A DNA stretch of 54,589 nucleotides from NCBI RefSeq assembly GCF_046119375.1, contig NW_027367824.1, positions 1 to 54,589 on the forward strand, written 5' to 3'. Positions 1 to 11,903 of this stretch are shown in pieces. The notes below the pieces were generated by a model. That model saw only the letters and a list, made by a program, of their open reading frames with translations. It did no database searches and had not been told where the DNA came from. The stretch's first letter is position 1; each line of letters begins with the position of its first letter. A program made the position numbers and the translations under genes. This stretch comes from Phyllobates terribilis (lineage: Eukaryota).

Positions 1-191
1 TACAAATTATTGTTGCATAAATTCTATCCATGTGTGGACAAAATGTTCAACACCCTTTCATGCATGAGACTGTGAGGATCTTTGTGTAGAAATTGTCTTT
101 TATTACAGAAGTTGTTGAGAGATTTGTATACCCACAGATTTACCTTCATCTCCTCTTCTCATCACATTATGAGTTCAACTTCTGCTGATCT

Positions 192-1076
192 CTAGTTAGC
201 TACGATACCTTAATTGCAGGTTTCTTTGATGATGGAAAGGAGGATAGAGCTTTAGAGATCTGGGATGAAATGAAAGCTTCTAAGATTGTTCCTGGTGTTG
301 CAACATATAATGCTGCGATAGCAGGGCTTTGCAAATTGAGGAAGACTGATGAAGCAATCAAGATATTGAACGAACTGTTGGAGAATGGTTTTCTTCCAGA
401 TGAAATCACATATAACACAATCATACACGGGTATTGCTGGGAGAGTAAGATTGAGGAGGCGTTTCAGTTCTATAATAAAATTGTTGAGAAGTCTTTTAAG
501 CCGGATCTGTTCTCCTACAACATTCTTCTACGCGGGCTTTGCAATGAAGGGATGTTGGATAAGGCTATTAATCTGTTCAATACATGGATCTCAAGAGGGA
601 AGGAGGTTAATGTTGTTTCATACAACACTATGATCTCTGCTCTGTGTAAGGCTAGGATGATTGAGGAAGCTATTGATCTTGTCAAACAAATGGAGGAAAA
701 TAAACTTCAGCCTGATGTATATACGCGTAATGCAATTGTTGGTGCACTTAATAATGCGGGCAGGTTTGAGGAAGCTGAGAAGTTTATGGAGAGGATAGTG
801 GATAGTGGAAATGTGAAGGCACAGCTCGTGAAACCTGAAAAAGAAGAAGAGAATAATAAGTGTGATGGGGAAGAGCAGTTTGATTTGAATTCTACAGAGT
901 ATTCAGACCGCATTGCTCAACTATGTGGTGAGAAGAAATATAAAGATGCGATGCAACTGTTTGAAGAGGCTACAAGTAAAGGGATAAGTCTTAGTAGGAC
1001 AACCAACTTTCTGTTGATGAATGGGCTCATAAAAGTAAGGAAACGCATACCTACAGGATCTCAACAACAATTGTAG
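192..1076 (+). CDS. P-class pentatricopeptide repeat (PPR) protein, C-terminal part; resembles Arabidopsis At2g16880 from recall; 5' part missing or interrupted
   Basis: Tandem 35-aa PPR motifs (VSYDTLIAGF, VATYNAAIAGLCK, ITYNTIIHGYCWE, FSYNILLRGLCNEG, VSYNTMISALCK). The frame of ORF 270..1076 is open back to 189, with an in-frame TGA at 186-188. Confidence 0.85.
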   Translation, partial: LVSYDTLIAGFFDDGKEDRALEIWDEMKASKIVPGVATYNAAIAGLCKLRKTDEAIKILNELLENGFLPDEITYNTIIHGYCWESKIEEAFQFYNKIVEKSFKPDLFSYNILLRGLCNEGMLDKAINLFNTWISRGKEVNVVSYNTMISALCKARMIEEAIDLVKQMEENKLQPDVYTRNAIVGALNNAGRFEEAEKFMERIVDSGNVKAQLVKPEKEEENNKCDGEEQFDLNSTEYSDRIAQLCGEKKYKDAMQLFEEATSKGISLSRTTNFLLMNGLIKVRKRIPTGSQQQL

Positions 1077-1526
1077 ATCTCCTTGTGTGCGATAGATGGA
1101 CTCTACCTGTTTGAATGGGCTCAAAGACAACAACTTACAGAAAGTGTACCTTTTCGAAGGACCAATTACTTGTTGTGATCGATTGCAATAATTTGAGGAA
1201 GGCAAACTGGTTGATGAACCAGAATGACCTGGTGAAGAATAAGGTCTTGTGAACTCTAATAATTGGTTCTTACTACTCCATGTGACTTGCTACTAATTTT
1301 TGCTTGTAAAGTAGATTTTTTGTTTGTAAAGTAGAGTTTCTAGTCTCATGAGCTGCTAGATTTCAAACAGGGAAAAAAAGCGAGATCAGAAATTGCATAT
1401 CCATTTTTGAACGGGCTGGTTTTAATTGTGCTATGTGAAAGTGCATAGTGCAAAACATCAAAAATTTATTGTGTTATAAGAAATTATTGATTCGTGTTCA
1501 TATGCAGATATTTTTTTTATAAAATT

Positions 1527-1599
1527 CATAGCCTAGTTCAAATGGTAGAGCAACGTGTTTGTGCACGTTGGTACGGGTTCGAATCCCTCATAGGCTACA
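1527..1599 (+). pseudogene. tRNA-like sequence (degenerate, Thr-UGU-like; tRNA pseudogene or SINE-type head)
   Basis: A-box-like TAGTTCAAATGG (1534-1545) and B box GGTTCGAATCC (1576-1586). Anticodon-type stem ACGTG/CACGT around a 6-nt loop TTTGTG. TAGCC/GGCTA can close the ends, but the acceptor and T stems are imperfect. Confidence 0.55.
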
Positions 1600-1604
1600 T
1601 ATTA

Positions 1605-4440
1605 TGGGTTCATGAATTTATATTGTGTGTTCATGAATTTATATTATGTGTTCATAAGTTTTTTAATTTAAATCCATAGTTTTTTTGTTTATAAAAAAAC
1701 CTTGTAGTTTTCCCCTTTTTTCGAATTCGTTAATATTTTATATCAAATTCAAGAGCAATTTTCAAGGTTCATTAGTTTTATATCATAGGTCCATGAATTT
1801 TATATCGTGGATTCATGAATTTTTTATTATAGATTCATAAATTTTCTTTAATAAATTTATAATGCGGATTCCTAAGTTTTTTTCATTTTAGTCCATGGTT
1901 CATAAATTTGTATTGAAGGTTCAAAATTTGTATTGAAGGTTCGTAAATTTGGATTGAAGGTTCATAAATTTTCTTTAATAAAATTCATTAATCTAAAAAT
2001 TCTATTATGAAAAATTATAAATCTAAAATTCTGTAATAAAATCATAAATTTATATTGAAGTTTCATAAATTTGTACTGATGGTTCATAAATTTGTATTGA
2101 TGGTTCATAAATTTATATTAAAGGTTCATAAATTTGTATTGATGGTTCATTAAATTGTATTGAAGATTCATAAATTTGTTTTAAAGGTTCTTAAATTTTC
2201 TTTAATAAAGTCTACACTGCGATTCATAAGCTTTTTTATTTCAGTCCATGATTCATAAATTTATATTGAAGGATTATAAATTCGTATTGAATGTTCGTAA
2301 ATTTGGATTGAAGGTTCGTAAATTTTCTCTAATAAAATTCATTAATCTAAACTTCTATAATAAAAAATTATAAATATGAATTTCTGTAATAAAATCATAA
2401 ATTTATATTGAAGGTTCATAAATTTGTTTTGATGGTTCATAAATTTGTATTGAAGGTTCATAAATTTATATTGAAGATTCGTAAATTTTTTGTAGTAAAG
2501 TTTATACTGAGGATCATAAGCTTTTTCATTTCAGTCCATGGTTCAAAATTTTTTCTTGAAGGTTCATCAATTTGTATTGAAGGTTCATAAATTTGTATTG
2601 AAGGTTCATACCATGCAAAAAGGTCCTCAAAAGCTGAATGTATAAAATTAAAGTTTTTTATAAATTTGTATCGATGGTTCATAAATTTATATTGAAGGTT
2701 CATAAGTTTGAGTTGAAGGTTCGTAAATTTCAATAAAGAAAATTCAATAATCTTAAATTCTGTTATGAAAAATTATAAATTTAGATGAGAAAAATCCTCG
2801 TAGTTTCTCCTTTTTCTAATTTATGAATATTTTAGCAAATTCAAAACGAATTTTAAGGTTCACTAGTTTTATATCATGGGTTCATGAATTTTATATTATA
2901 GGTTCGTAAATTTTCTTTAATAAATTTATAATGCGGATTCCTAAGTTTTTTCATTTCAGTCCATGGTTCATAAATTTGTATTGAAGGGTCATAAAATTTG
3001 TATTGAAGGTTCATAAATTTGTATTGAAGGTTCATAAATTTGTATTGAAGGTTCGTAAATTTTCTTTAATAAAATTCTATTATGAAAAATTATAAATCTA
3101 TAATTCTGTAATAAAATAATAAATTTATATTGAAGTTTCGTAAATTTGTATTGATGGTTCATAAATTTGTATATAAGGTTCATAAATTTGTATTGAAAGG
3201 TTCATAAATTTGTATTGAAGGTTCATAAATTTTCTGTAATAAAATTTATACTACGGATTCATAAGCTTTTTCATTTCAGTCCATGGTTCATAAACTTATA
3301 TCGAAGGTTCATAAATATGTATTGAAGATTCATAAATTTGTATTGAAGGTTCGTAAATTTTCTTTAATAAAATTCATTATGAAAAATTATAAATCTAGAT
3401 TAAAAATTATAAATCTAAAATTCTGTAATAAATAATAAATTTATATTGAAGTTTCGTAAATTTGTATTGATGGTTCATAAAATTGTATATAAGGTTCATA
3501 AATTTTTATTGAAAGGTTCATAAATTTGTATTGAAAGGTTCATAAATTTGTATTGAAGGTTCGTAAATTTTCTGTAATAAAACTTATACTACGGATTCAT
3601 AAGCTTTTTCATTTCATTCCATGGTTCATAAATTTATATTGAAGGTTCATAAATATGTATTGAAGGTTCATAAATTTGTATTGAAGGTTCGTAAATTTTC
3701 TTTAATAAAATTCATTATGAAAAATTATAAATCTATAATTCTGTAATAAAATAATAAATTTATATTGAAGTTTCATAAATTTGTATTGATGGTTCATAAA
3801 TTTGTATATAAGGTTCATAAATTTGTATGAAAGGTTCATAAATTTGTATTGAAGGTTCGTAAATTTTTTGTAATAAAATTTATACTACGGATTCATAAGC
3901 TTTTTCATTTCAGTCCATGGTTCATAAATTTATATTGAAGGTTCATAAATATGTATTGAAGGTTCGTAAATTTTCTTTAATAAAATTCATTATGAAAAAT
4001 TATAAATCTAGATGTAAAATTATAAATCTATTATTTTGTAATAAAATAATAAATTTATATTTAAGTTTCGTAAATTTGTATTGATGGTTCATAAATTTGT
4101 ATATAAGGTTCATAAATTTGTAATGAAAGGTTCATAAATTTGTACTGAAGGTTCGTAAATTTCTGTAATAAAACTTATACTACGGATTCATAAGCTTTTT
4201 CATTTCAGTCCATGGTTCATAAATTTATATTGAAGGTTCATAAATATGTATTAAAGGTTCATAAATTTGTATGGAAGGTTCGTAAATTTTCTTTAATAAA
4301 ATTCATTATGAAAGATTAAAGATTCATAAATTTATATTGACGGTACATAAATTTCTATCAAAAGGTTCATTATATATATTGATGGTACATAAATTTCTAT
4401 CAAAGGTTCGTAAATTTAAATTAACGGTACATAAATTTTT
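1605..4440. repeat. AT-rich minisatellite, 21-bp unit (GGTTCATAAATTTGTATTGAA) with ~300-bp higher-order repeats
   Basis: Dozens of near-copies of the 21-mer. A spacer CGGATTCATAAGCTTTTTCATTTCAGTCCATGG recurs 8 times, near 1866, 2220, 2510, 2935, 3255, 3592, 3888 and 4182. Confidence 0.95.
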
Positions 4441-6934
4441 ATTAAAAGACGAGAGGAGGATTTAGCAAAGATTGTTGGTCCATCACCGTGACGAGATAAA
4501 AAAAATCAGCATTGGTAAATAACAAAACGTTAACACCATAAGATCAGCTAAATATATAAAGACCAATTACTTACAAGTTGTTTTCATCCATGACACCAAC
4601 ATAAAAACAATAGATTCTTGAACACCTGAATTTACATAGCACCATAAAACCACCATAAAAACAATAGGTTCTCTGGGTCACCACAGCTACAACCCATGTC
4701 CAGGCTAATGCGGCAACTCCATCCCTTAATTCTGTCGGTAACCAGGGGAAAGAAGATTTATGATTAGTTCAGGGCAGGGTATTAAAGGTGAAAAAGAGAC
4801 ATAAGTGGAATAGGAATCAAGCCTGTACATATGCTCCACAAAGTCATCAATTAGAACTGGCCAAGCACCTGCAATCAAGTAAGTTGGAGTTGAGCATATA
4901 AGTAGTTTTTTTGGTAAGGAGATGATATCACCGTTGACTTTTTTACCAAAAAAGATAGTACAAGGACATAACTTTACCTAGATTTCCCACTCTACGCAGC
5001 AAATCACAACATAATGATATCATGATGTTCAACGGACCAATACATAGCACCCTTTCAAATTGACTGGATGTTCAACGAGACCTCGTTCCTTCCTGGCATT
5101 GTTAAAAAAATATCAGATTGTAAGCTTCATACAAACACCTGAATTTACCATACATATTGATCATTGAATTCCACAAGATGATGTCATGATGACAACTTGT
5201 TCATACAACAAAAGATGCAGAATAAACAACAAATGCTTCAGGAAAGACAAATTCAGCAACAACAATAACAAAATCAAAATAGCAGATTAAGTAACTACAG
5301 ATTCCTCAGCAGATTCAACAACAACTTATACCTCAACAGATTCAGCAATAGCAACAACTCAAGAACAACAGATTCCGCGGCTCCAACAACAACAACGGAT
5401 GATGGGTCAATCATATTATTTTCAGTTGGCGACATACAAAAAATATAGTAACAAAAAACAACCAGAACTCTGGTAGACGAAAATCAGCAAGTTTAAAGCT
5501 ATTTGCACCTCATTTCCAAAATCAAACAGCACATGCTAATCACACATCTACAACAACAACAGAAAATCCAATTAAAAATTGAAACCTGTTTTTTTCTGTT
5601 TCCAGCACTGGGCAACAACCTACAAAATCAAATTTCCTCTATTCCAACCTCAGCAATTCAATCTCTCAAAAAGAAGAAAATAAATTTGCTGAACAATTAA
5701 AACAGCTAGCTACAACATCAAGTTAAACGGCAAAAGGAATAAATAATTGGAAAATCATGGAAACATTCCAAGCAAGAACAGAACAGAGGGAAAATATATG
5801 GTACCTCCGTCCATCTGATGAATGTTCCGCTGTTATCGTATCCTTTCAAATTAGCCACACTGAATCTGAGCAAACAAAATTAGTCAATGAAAGACTCGTC
5901 CAACACAAAATTAAACGCCCGATCCTGGCGTAAACTAAAATTCTGAAAGATAAACATCATCTCAGAGGATACGTCATGAACGACACTTTCAGACATCAGA
6001 AACAAAATTTTCGGAATATAACTTGGAAAATCAATTACTGTAACTTTCAGAAAGCATGAAATTGTTATAGCACAGAAGATAGGTCATCTCACAGAAGCCA
6101 AATCCGACAAGAATAGATCATTGCAGTATGACAAACAGCAGCAGCCAAATGCAAAATTGGTATTACTAATCACATACTACTGAATTTAGAGCAAGAATTA
6201 TCATTAGAAGTTCAATCTTAATTTCTCTTGGAGAAAAACAGATGTATACATCAACTACAGTGCAAAGTAAAACACCACAAAAATTCATATCCACCAAGTA
6301 TCAAAGCCAGATTGTGTTTGAATCAGACCACTAATTTACCCATTATTACTAGAGAGATAGATTCAACAAAAGCAGTAATTAATCTCAAATAACTCCCATT
6401 GAAGAATTAAGGATTTTTAATGTAACAACTCCCTAACCTGATTTAATCTTTCACTCAACTAGTTTCGGAAGACGCCGAATTGGGAGGAAATCGAAAATGC
6501 AATCACAAGATCCATGACCACCTAAACTTGTGACAAGGAAGAACCTGCAATCATCATAATCTCCGATCCAGATTCAGGCATGCCAACTTGAGATCTCCAC
6601 CAGGACAAGGAAGAGGATCCCTATGCCATCGTCGATTTCAGATAATAGGAAGATCCGTCATCGGAAGAATCTCCAACATCTAGGCTTTTCGGATCAATGA
6701 TTCTAAGTAAGATTGATGGTTAGGGTTTCAAAACAAGGCCGTAATCATCATCGGAAGAATATAGCGTCGTTGTCATCGGTTAGGGCTTGTAGAAGGGCAA
6801 TTCTGCAGGTCGGGTCTTTGCAACATGAGCACTGTTTGAATAGAAGAGAGCGCAGATGGAAATTCGAGGGAGGAAGATACACATGTGGAGAGAGATCAGG
6901 AAAGAGGAAGGGAGAGGGCATCTATGGGTAAAAG

Positions 6935-7069
6935 ACGTATATGCCCCTCCGTATTAAATTTTACAACAATAGGATGACGATTATGAACCATTAGATCAAG
7001 TAAAATGGACGGATGAGATATGTACTCACCTACTTATTTTAGTGAGTGTACTCATTTGATCTTTCCTCT
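6935..7069. mobile_element. Possible orphan terminus (TIR-like) of a Mutator-like DNA transposon
   Basis: Imperfect palindrome GTACTCAC...GTGAGTGTAC (7022-7051) followed by TCATTTGATCTTTCCTCT, abutting a truncated Stowaway. No matching second terminus was found. Confidence 0.3.
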
Positions 7070-7269
7070 GTTTTATATATCAAATATCTCTAATTATATG
7101 TTATTAAAATTCGTAAAAGTTTGATAGTATTAAAGTACTAATTGAAACGAATAAAACAAGATCCCACATGATTATATTTTTTTTATATATTGAGAAATAT
7201 CATGAATTTTTTATAATAATATAAATAATTTATAAAAAGAAAGAAGAAATATACATGGGAAGGAGGGAG
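7070..7269. mobile_element. Stowaway MITE, left end missing
   Basis: Right terminus GGAAGGAGGGAG followed by TA (7270-7271). The internal sequence is the reverse complement of the internal part of the 12140-12396 Stowaway (ATCTTGTTTTATTCGT...AGTACTTTAA). Confidence 0.7.
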
Positions 7270-7454
7270 TATCAAGTGACAGCTTTCTACCAATTCTTTT
7301 GCTTCCCAAACGTCGTCGCTACATTTGGAGCATTTTATTTTTTTTTATTTTTTTTGCAAAAGAGCAAAAATTACCCATAAGATGTTTTAGGAGAAATGAA
7401 TGTGTTTCGAGTTGACAGATTGGGGAGGATGAAGAAGCCAGAATAAACGGAATA

Positions 7455-9309
7455 ATGAGTTTATGCCGATTCGGTCTACACAAAGCTCCACCATTCCATC
7501 CTCACCATCCACTGAAGCTTCTTCTCAGACCCTCCTCCCCTTTCTACCCTTCCATTTCACCCAAATTTACGCGCCTGCCACTCCCCTTTCTGCACAGGCC
7601 GCTTCATCTCCTCACTCCCATTACAACCTCAACATCAACAACAAAAACAACAAGGGCTTTCAGTTTTTCGCCGTCGTCTTCTCTGCAACAATCCATGGAA
7701 TTCCCACCGGAGGGTTATCGGAGAAATGTCGGCATCTGTCTTATCAATTCTTCTAAACAAGTAGGCTCTGCTTTTCATTTGATCTTAAAAACTTCTGAAA
7801 CTGTACACGCGTGTTTGAAAAACGAGTTTATTGTGCAGATTTTTGTTGCTTCCAGGCTTGATATTCCTGATGCTTGGCAAATGCCTCAGGTAATTTTGCC
7901 CCAATTTACTTTCCCTATAAAAGGTTGAATCTTTAATATACAAATTTGATTATATGCTGCCAAAGGTGAGCATCAGCAGATTTTAGTTATTAAGTGAAAG
8001 CTCCAGACTTGTTCATGTTTGTGGTTGAATTTTTGAGATGTTCAGCAAGACTGATTAGATGCTGATTATGTCTGTATATTTAGGGAATTTTAAATACAAT
8101 TAGCAATAAACCATAGTTCTCTAAATGGCTAAACTATAGGTTGAGTTGATATTGATCAGTTGATGGCTCACTGTGGCCCAGGATAGATTTGTTCTGATTG
8201 GTCAAAACCTATTTCTTATCCTAACTATCACCAGTTGACTATATGATTTGAGTTAGTTGATTACTGAGGATCGTGATATTGCTACTATATTCTTGTATGA
8301 TAATTTTCCTTAAACTTCATCTTGATGGTTTACCAAAATTTATGTCATACCAGTGCAAGTGTTACTAGTGCAATACAATAAATAACTTATCATTTATCAA
8401 TTATCCAAACAGGGTGGTATAGATGAAGATGAAGACTCTGTAAGTGCAGCTATCAGGGAATTGAGAGAAGAAACCGGAGTCTCATCAGCACAAGTCATTG
8501 CTGAGGTTTGGTTTCTCCGAATTGTCTTTCTTTGTATGACATTTTCTCTTATTTAGAAACTTGATTTATATAATATTAAAATCTGTGTGTCTCTTATTTA
8601 GTGTATTACTCGTTGATCTTTTCATAATTTGGGGAGACTTCGAACAAGATGATATATATCCAATGGAGTTTACTTCTCCTTTCTTCTTTGATATAACCTA
8701 ATTTTTTATCTGCATAGGTACCTTACTGGTTATGTTACGACTTCCCACCAGATGTAAGAGAAAAACTGAGACATCAATGGGGATCTGACTGGAAGGGTCA
8801 AGCTCAGAAGTGGTGAGCATTCAGAAAATTTCATTTTCTAGGTTTGTGTAACATGCTTGATAAAGGGAATAGTAACACAGTGACAGTACTGGTGATTATC
8901 AAAGAAAAAATCATCCTTTTTTCTGATCCATTTAACTAAGCAAGGTCCATATCTGGTGATTGGGAATGATAGCATGAATATTATGTTACACTTATATTCT
9001 TATCAACTTACCATATTCTCATATTTTTGAAACATGGTAACCACAGGTTTCTTCTGAAATTAACCGGTGATGAAAGTGAGATTAATTTGAACGGAGATGG
9101 TTCAGAGAAGCCGGAGTTTGGGCAATGGTCATGGATGCCTCCAGAACGAGTCATTGAGCTTGTGAGCCGCACTTATCTGAACATTTTTCTTTCATTTCCT
9201 GCCAATATTAATTTCATTGTCAATTTATGTTCTTGGTTTTCAGGCTGTGGGCTTTAAAAGGCCAGTTTACAAAGAAGTCTTGACAGTCTTTGCTCCCCAT
9301 CTCCAGTAA
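7455..9309 (+). CDS. NUDT26: Nudix hydrolase 26-like, chloroplastic (Ap4A/RppH-type). Exons 7455-7760, 7839-7889, 8413-8505, 8718-8812, 9047-9161, 9244-9309; 241 aa
   Basis: Joined GT-AG exons give one open frame: a Ser/Thr/Pro-rich transit-like N-terminus, PPEGYRRNVG, WQMPQ, an intact Nudix box GGIDEDEDSVSAAIRELREETGV, WKGQAQKWFLL, KPEFGQWSW, ending FAPHLQ-stop. Confidence 0.93.
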
Positions 9310-9512
9310 GATTATCAATATTACAGCAGTTGGTGGATTATCTTTGATCCTTAAATGAAATCTTGGCCTTCTTGAATCAGTCTGTTGTTTGAACACCTAC
9401 TTTAGTGTATCTTCTTCCCAATAAAAGTGTTTTTTTTCCCCCGCTTAAGTATGACATTGACTTCTCCAAATTGTGTTTTCAGTGAAATAGTTTTATAGTG
9501 GCTTGTATTATA

Positions 9513-9785
9513 CTCGCTCCGTTCACTACAAAATGTCATTTTAGCCTCTAATATTTGTTTGGAAAAGATTGTCATTTTAGGTATTTAGGTGGTGAGTTAC
9601 GAGATTTGTTATTGAAAATTGTAAATTTTTATTCTTTTTATGCAAATTATGATCGTTGATTAGTTAAAAATCAGGTGAGTTATGAATTTTAAGAAAAAAG
9701 TATAATAAGAATATAAGGTAATTATTGGATTTCTTAGTTTTTATGCAAATGTTCTAAAATAACAACTTTTGATAAACTGAGGTAG
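9513..9785. mobile_element. Degenerate Stowaway MITE downstream of the Nudix gene
   Basis: TA-flanked termini CTCGCTCCGTTC ... AAACTGAGGTAG, resembling the CTCCCTCCGT consensus; AT-rich interior. Confidence 0.6.
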
Positions 9786-10017
9786 TAGCTGACTTCTTAT
9801 TTTTCGCTGGTTAATCTTTGAAACTTGTTATTAAGCCGCTGTTTAGTTATGTTTTCTAGAGAGGGAGATCATTTTCATGTCAAAATACATGGATCATATT
9901 TTTTATATTGGGGAGATGTTCTTAAATTTGTATATAAAGAGAGATGGGGAGTATTTCACCTCTCTTGAAATTCTGTCCTAATATTGGGGAAACATATATC
10001 CTTGTTTAAGGGAGTAA

Positions 10018-10100
10018 TTAAGCCATTTTCTTAAGACCATTTTGGAAATTGAACAATTTATTAAGCCATTTTCTTAAGAACATTTTGAAAATTGAACAAT
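10018..10100. repeat. Two-copy tandem duplication, 43-bp period
   Basis: TTAAGCCATTTTCTTAAGA(C/A)CATTTTG(G/A)AAATTGAACAAT at 10018 and 10061. Confidence 0.85.
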
Positions 10101-10445
10101 AATAAGAAAATGGTCTAGATTCATTTGCTTTCCTTTTAACTTTCCAGATAGTGATACCAAACAGAGCCCAAGTTAGATGGAACAATCAAAGAACTTGTCA
10201 TTTGTGGTAAACCATTAAAAAGATTTAAATCCTAAAATTTGAAACCAAACATTGAAGCCAAGACAGTTTGTACTTTGTATCACTCAGCCAAATTATCTGT
10301 GTAAGTTTTTTTCCTATCAAGAAGAAAGGAAAGGTAAAAACAGAAAGAACAGTTGCTCTGTTAAAAATCTTACTGAATTATGAGCCACGACCAAACTTTT
10401 CTACAGCATAAACAAAGCATACAAAAGATCTCAAAACTTCAATTC

Positions 10446-11903
10446 TCATCTACTAACCACAGAAGAGATTTTCTCTTGAATCAAATCATGTATATGATCA
10501 CTAACAATCTCAGCAACAACCTCAGGAGAGAATCTCCTGATCATATCCTCCCTACCTCTCCTACCTTTCTCCTTCGCCTCTTTCGGGCAATTTATCACGC
10601 GCCTCATCAAAACTCGCACTGAATCAATACTTGGCTCAGCCCACAAATGACCCTTAAACGGTCCATCCATAACCTCACTCATCTTCTCCACTTCAATACC
10701 AAAACTATTCTCCTCTCTCAGAAACTCTCTTGGCCCTGACCAGTTTGTAGCTATCACAGGCAAACCCATTGCCATGGCTTCCACTATTGGCCGGCCCCAC
10801 CCTTCACCTCTGGAAGGAAGAACGAATGCGTCTGCTGACCTGTACAGTCTCGGGAGATCTACCTGGCTGATGTGGCTGTCGATCACGTAGATCCTAGCAT
10901 AGCCTTGCTCTGGTTTTTTAATGGCGGAAGTTTCTACAAAGCGAACTATCTTGTTGTCGAAATCCCCTTCTGTGTGATATGGGTTTGTAAGGAGGTACAA
11001 TGCTACGTTATCAGCACTGGTGAATTCGTTTAAGTATGCTGATAACAACACATCCCAGCCTTTTCTGTATTCCCATTTGAACACACTCAAGAACACGAAC
11101 TCTGGTGTTCCGTGATTGCCTAAAACTAGCTTTCCTAATGAATGGAGATCCAAAGGACTGTGCTTTTCAGGGTCGAAGAACTGAACATCAACCGGCTGAA
11201 CGATCTTGACGACTTTTGATTTGTGGACGCCGCTTTGGATGAAGGTGGAGACATGGAAATCAGTAGGAACCCAAACGAGATCCATTTTGTTACATCTGTT
11301 AACATGTTCAGTGTTGAGTCTATCAGTCTCAAACATGGTCCGGCCGATAACAGCGAGGAAGTCTTTGTACCGGCTGGTCGGAGGACAAGGCCAAGTGTCG
11401 AATAGAGGGGGGTTCCAGGCGCCGGGCTCGCTGTGGCAAACGACAATGGTTTCATTGAGCCTGCATTGAGTGTGATGGAGCGCCATTGCTAAGGCTCTCA
11501 TGAAGTCGGTTAACCCTTCCCAGAATTGGAGGGATTGGAGGTCTCCGTGGTGCTCGATTCGGAGTTTGAATTGGGGGTTTTGGATGTTATGGTGAATTGA
11601 AGTGATGTATGACCATGCTTCTGAGCTGTAGCCTCCGCTTGAGAGGAAAGGGGCCATCCAGAGAACGCAATAGGGGGCATTAGGGTTGCGGGTTCGGATT
11701 TGGTCTGAATTTGGGTTTGGGTGGGTGGAGAGTGCGGATTTTGAGGTTCGGGTGGGGAAGTAGGGTGATTTGATGAAGGTGAGAGTGAGTGCTAGCAGGA
11801 GAATTGAAATGGGAATGATGTAGAAGGAGGAGAAACAGGGTTTGGTTTGTGCGATTGGAGGACGGATTTGGGCGGATGCTTCTGAGTTTCCAGTTCCTTC
11901 CAT
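10446..11903 (-). CDS. Glycosyltransferase family 4 (GT-B, group 1) protein, intronless, 485 aa; At3g10630-like from recall
   Basis: Long open frame whose first ATG is at 11903 (MEGTGN). N-terminal hydrophobic anchor IIPISILLLALTLTF, GT4 EX7E motif FVLPSRGEGWGRPIVEAMAMGLPVIAT, and VFKWEYRKGWDVLL. Confidence 0.92.
   Translation of the reverse strand: MEGTGNSEASAQIRPPIAQTKPCFSSFYIIPISILLLALTLTFIKSPYFPTRTSKSALSTHPNPNSDQIRTRNPNAPYCVLWMAPFLSSGGYSSEAWSYITSIHHNIQNPQFKLRIEHHGDLQSLQFWEGLTDFMRALAMALHHTQCRLNETIVVCHSEPGAWNPPLFDTWPCPPTSRYKDFLAVIGRTMFETDRLNTEHVNRCNKMDLVWVPTDFHVSTFIQSGVHKSKVVKIVQPVDVQFFDPEKHSPLDLHSLGKLVLGNHGTPEFVFLSVFKWEYRKGWDVLLSAYLNEFTSADNVALYLLTNPYHTEGDFDNKIVRFVETSAIKKPEQGYARIYVIDSHISQVDLPRLYRSADAFVLPSRGEGWGRPIVEAMAMGLPVIATNWSGPREFLREENSFGIEVEKMSEVMDGPFKGHLWAEPSIDSVRVLMRRVINCPKEAKEKGRRGREDMIRRFSPEVVAEIVSDHIHDLIQEKISSVVSR

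Noticed and set aside
1605-4440. Minisatellite as a CRISPR array or as coding sequence (ORFs with YEPSIQI or KFVLKVH heptads)
   Set aside because: Units are contiguous with no unique spacers, there are no cas genes, and the DNA is eukaryotic. The heptad ORFs are a by-product of the 21-bp period and are broken by stops.
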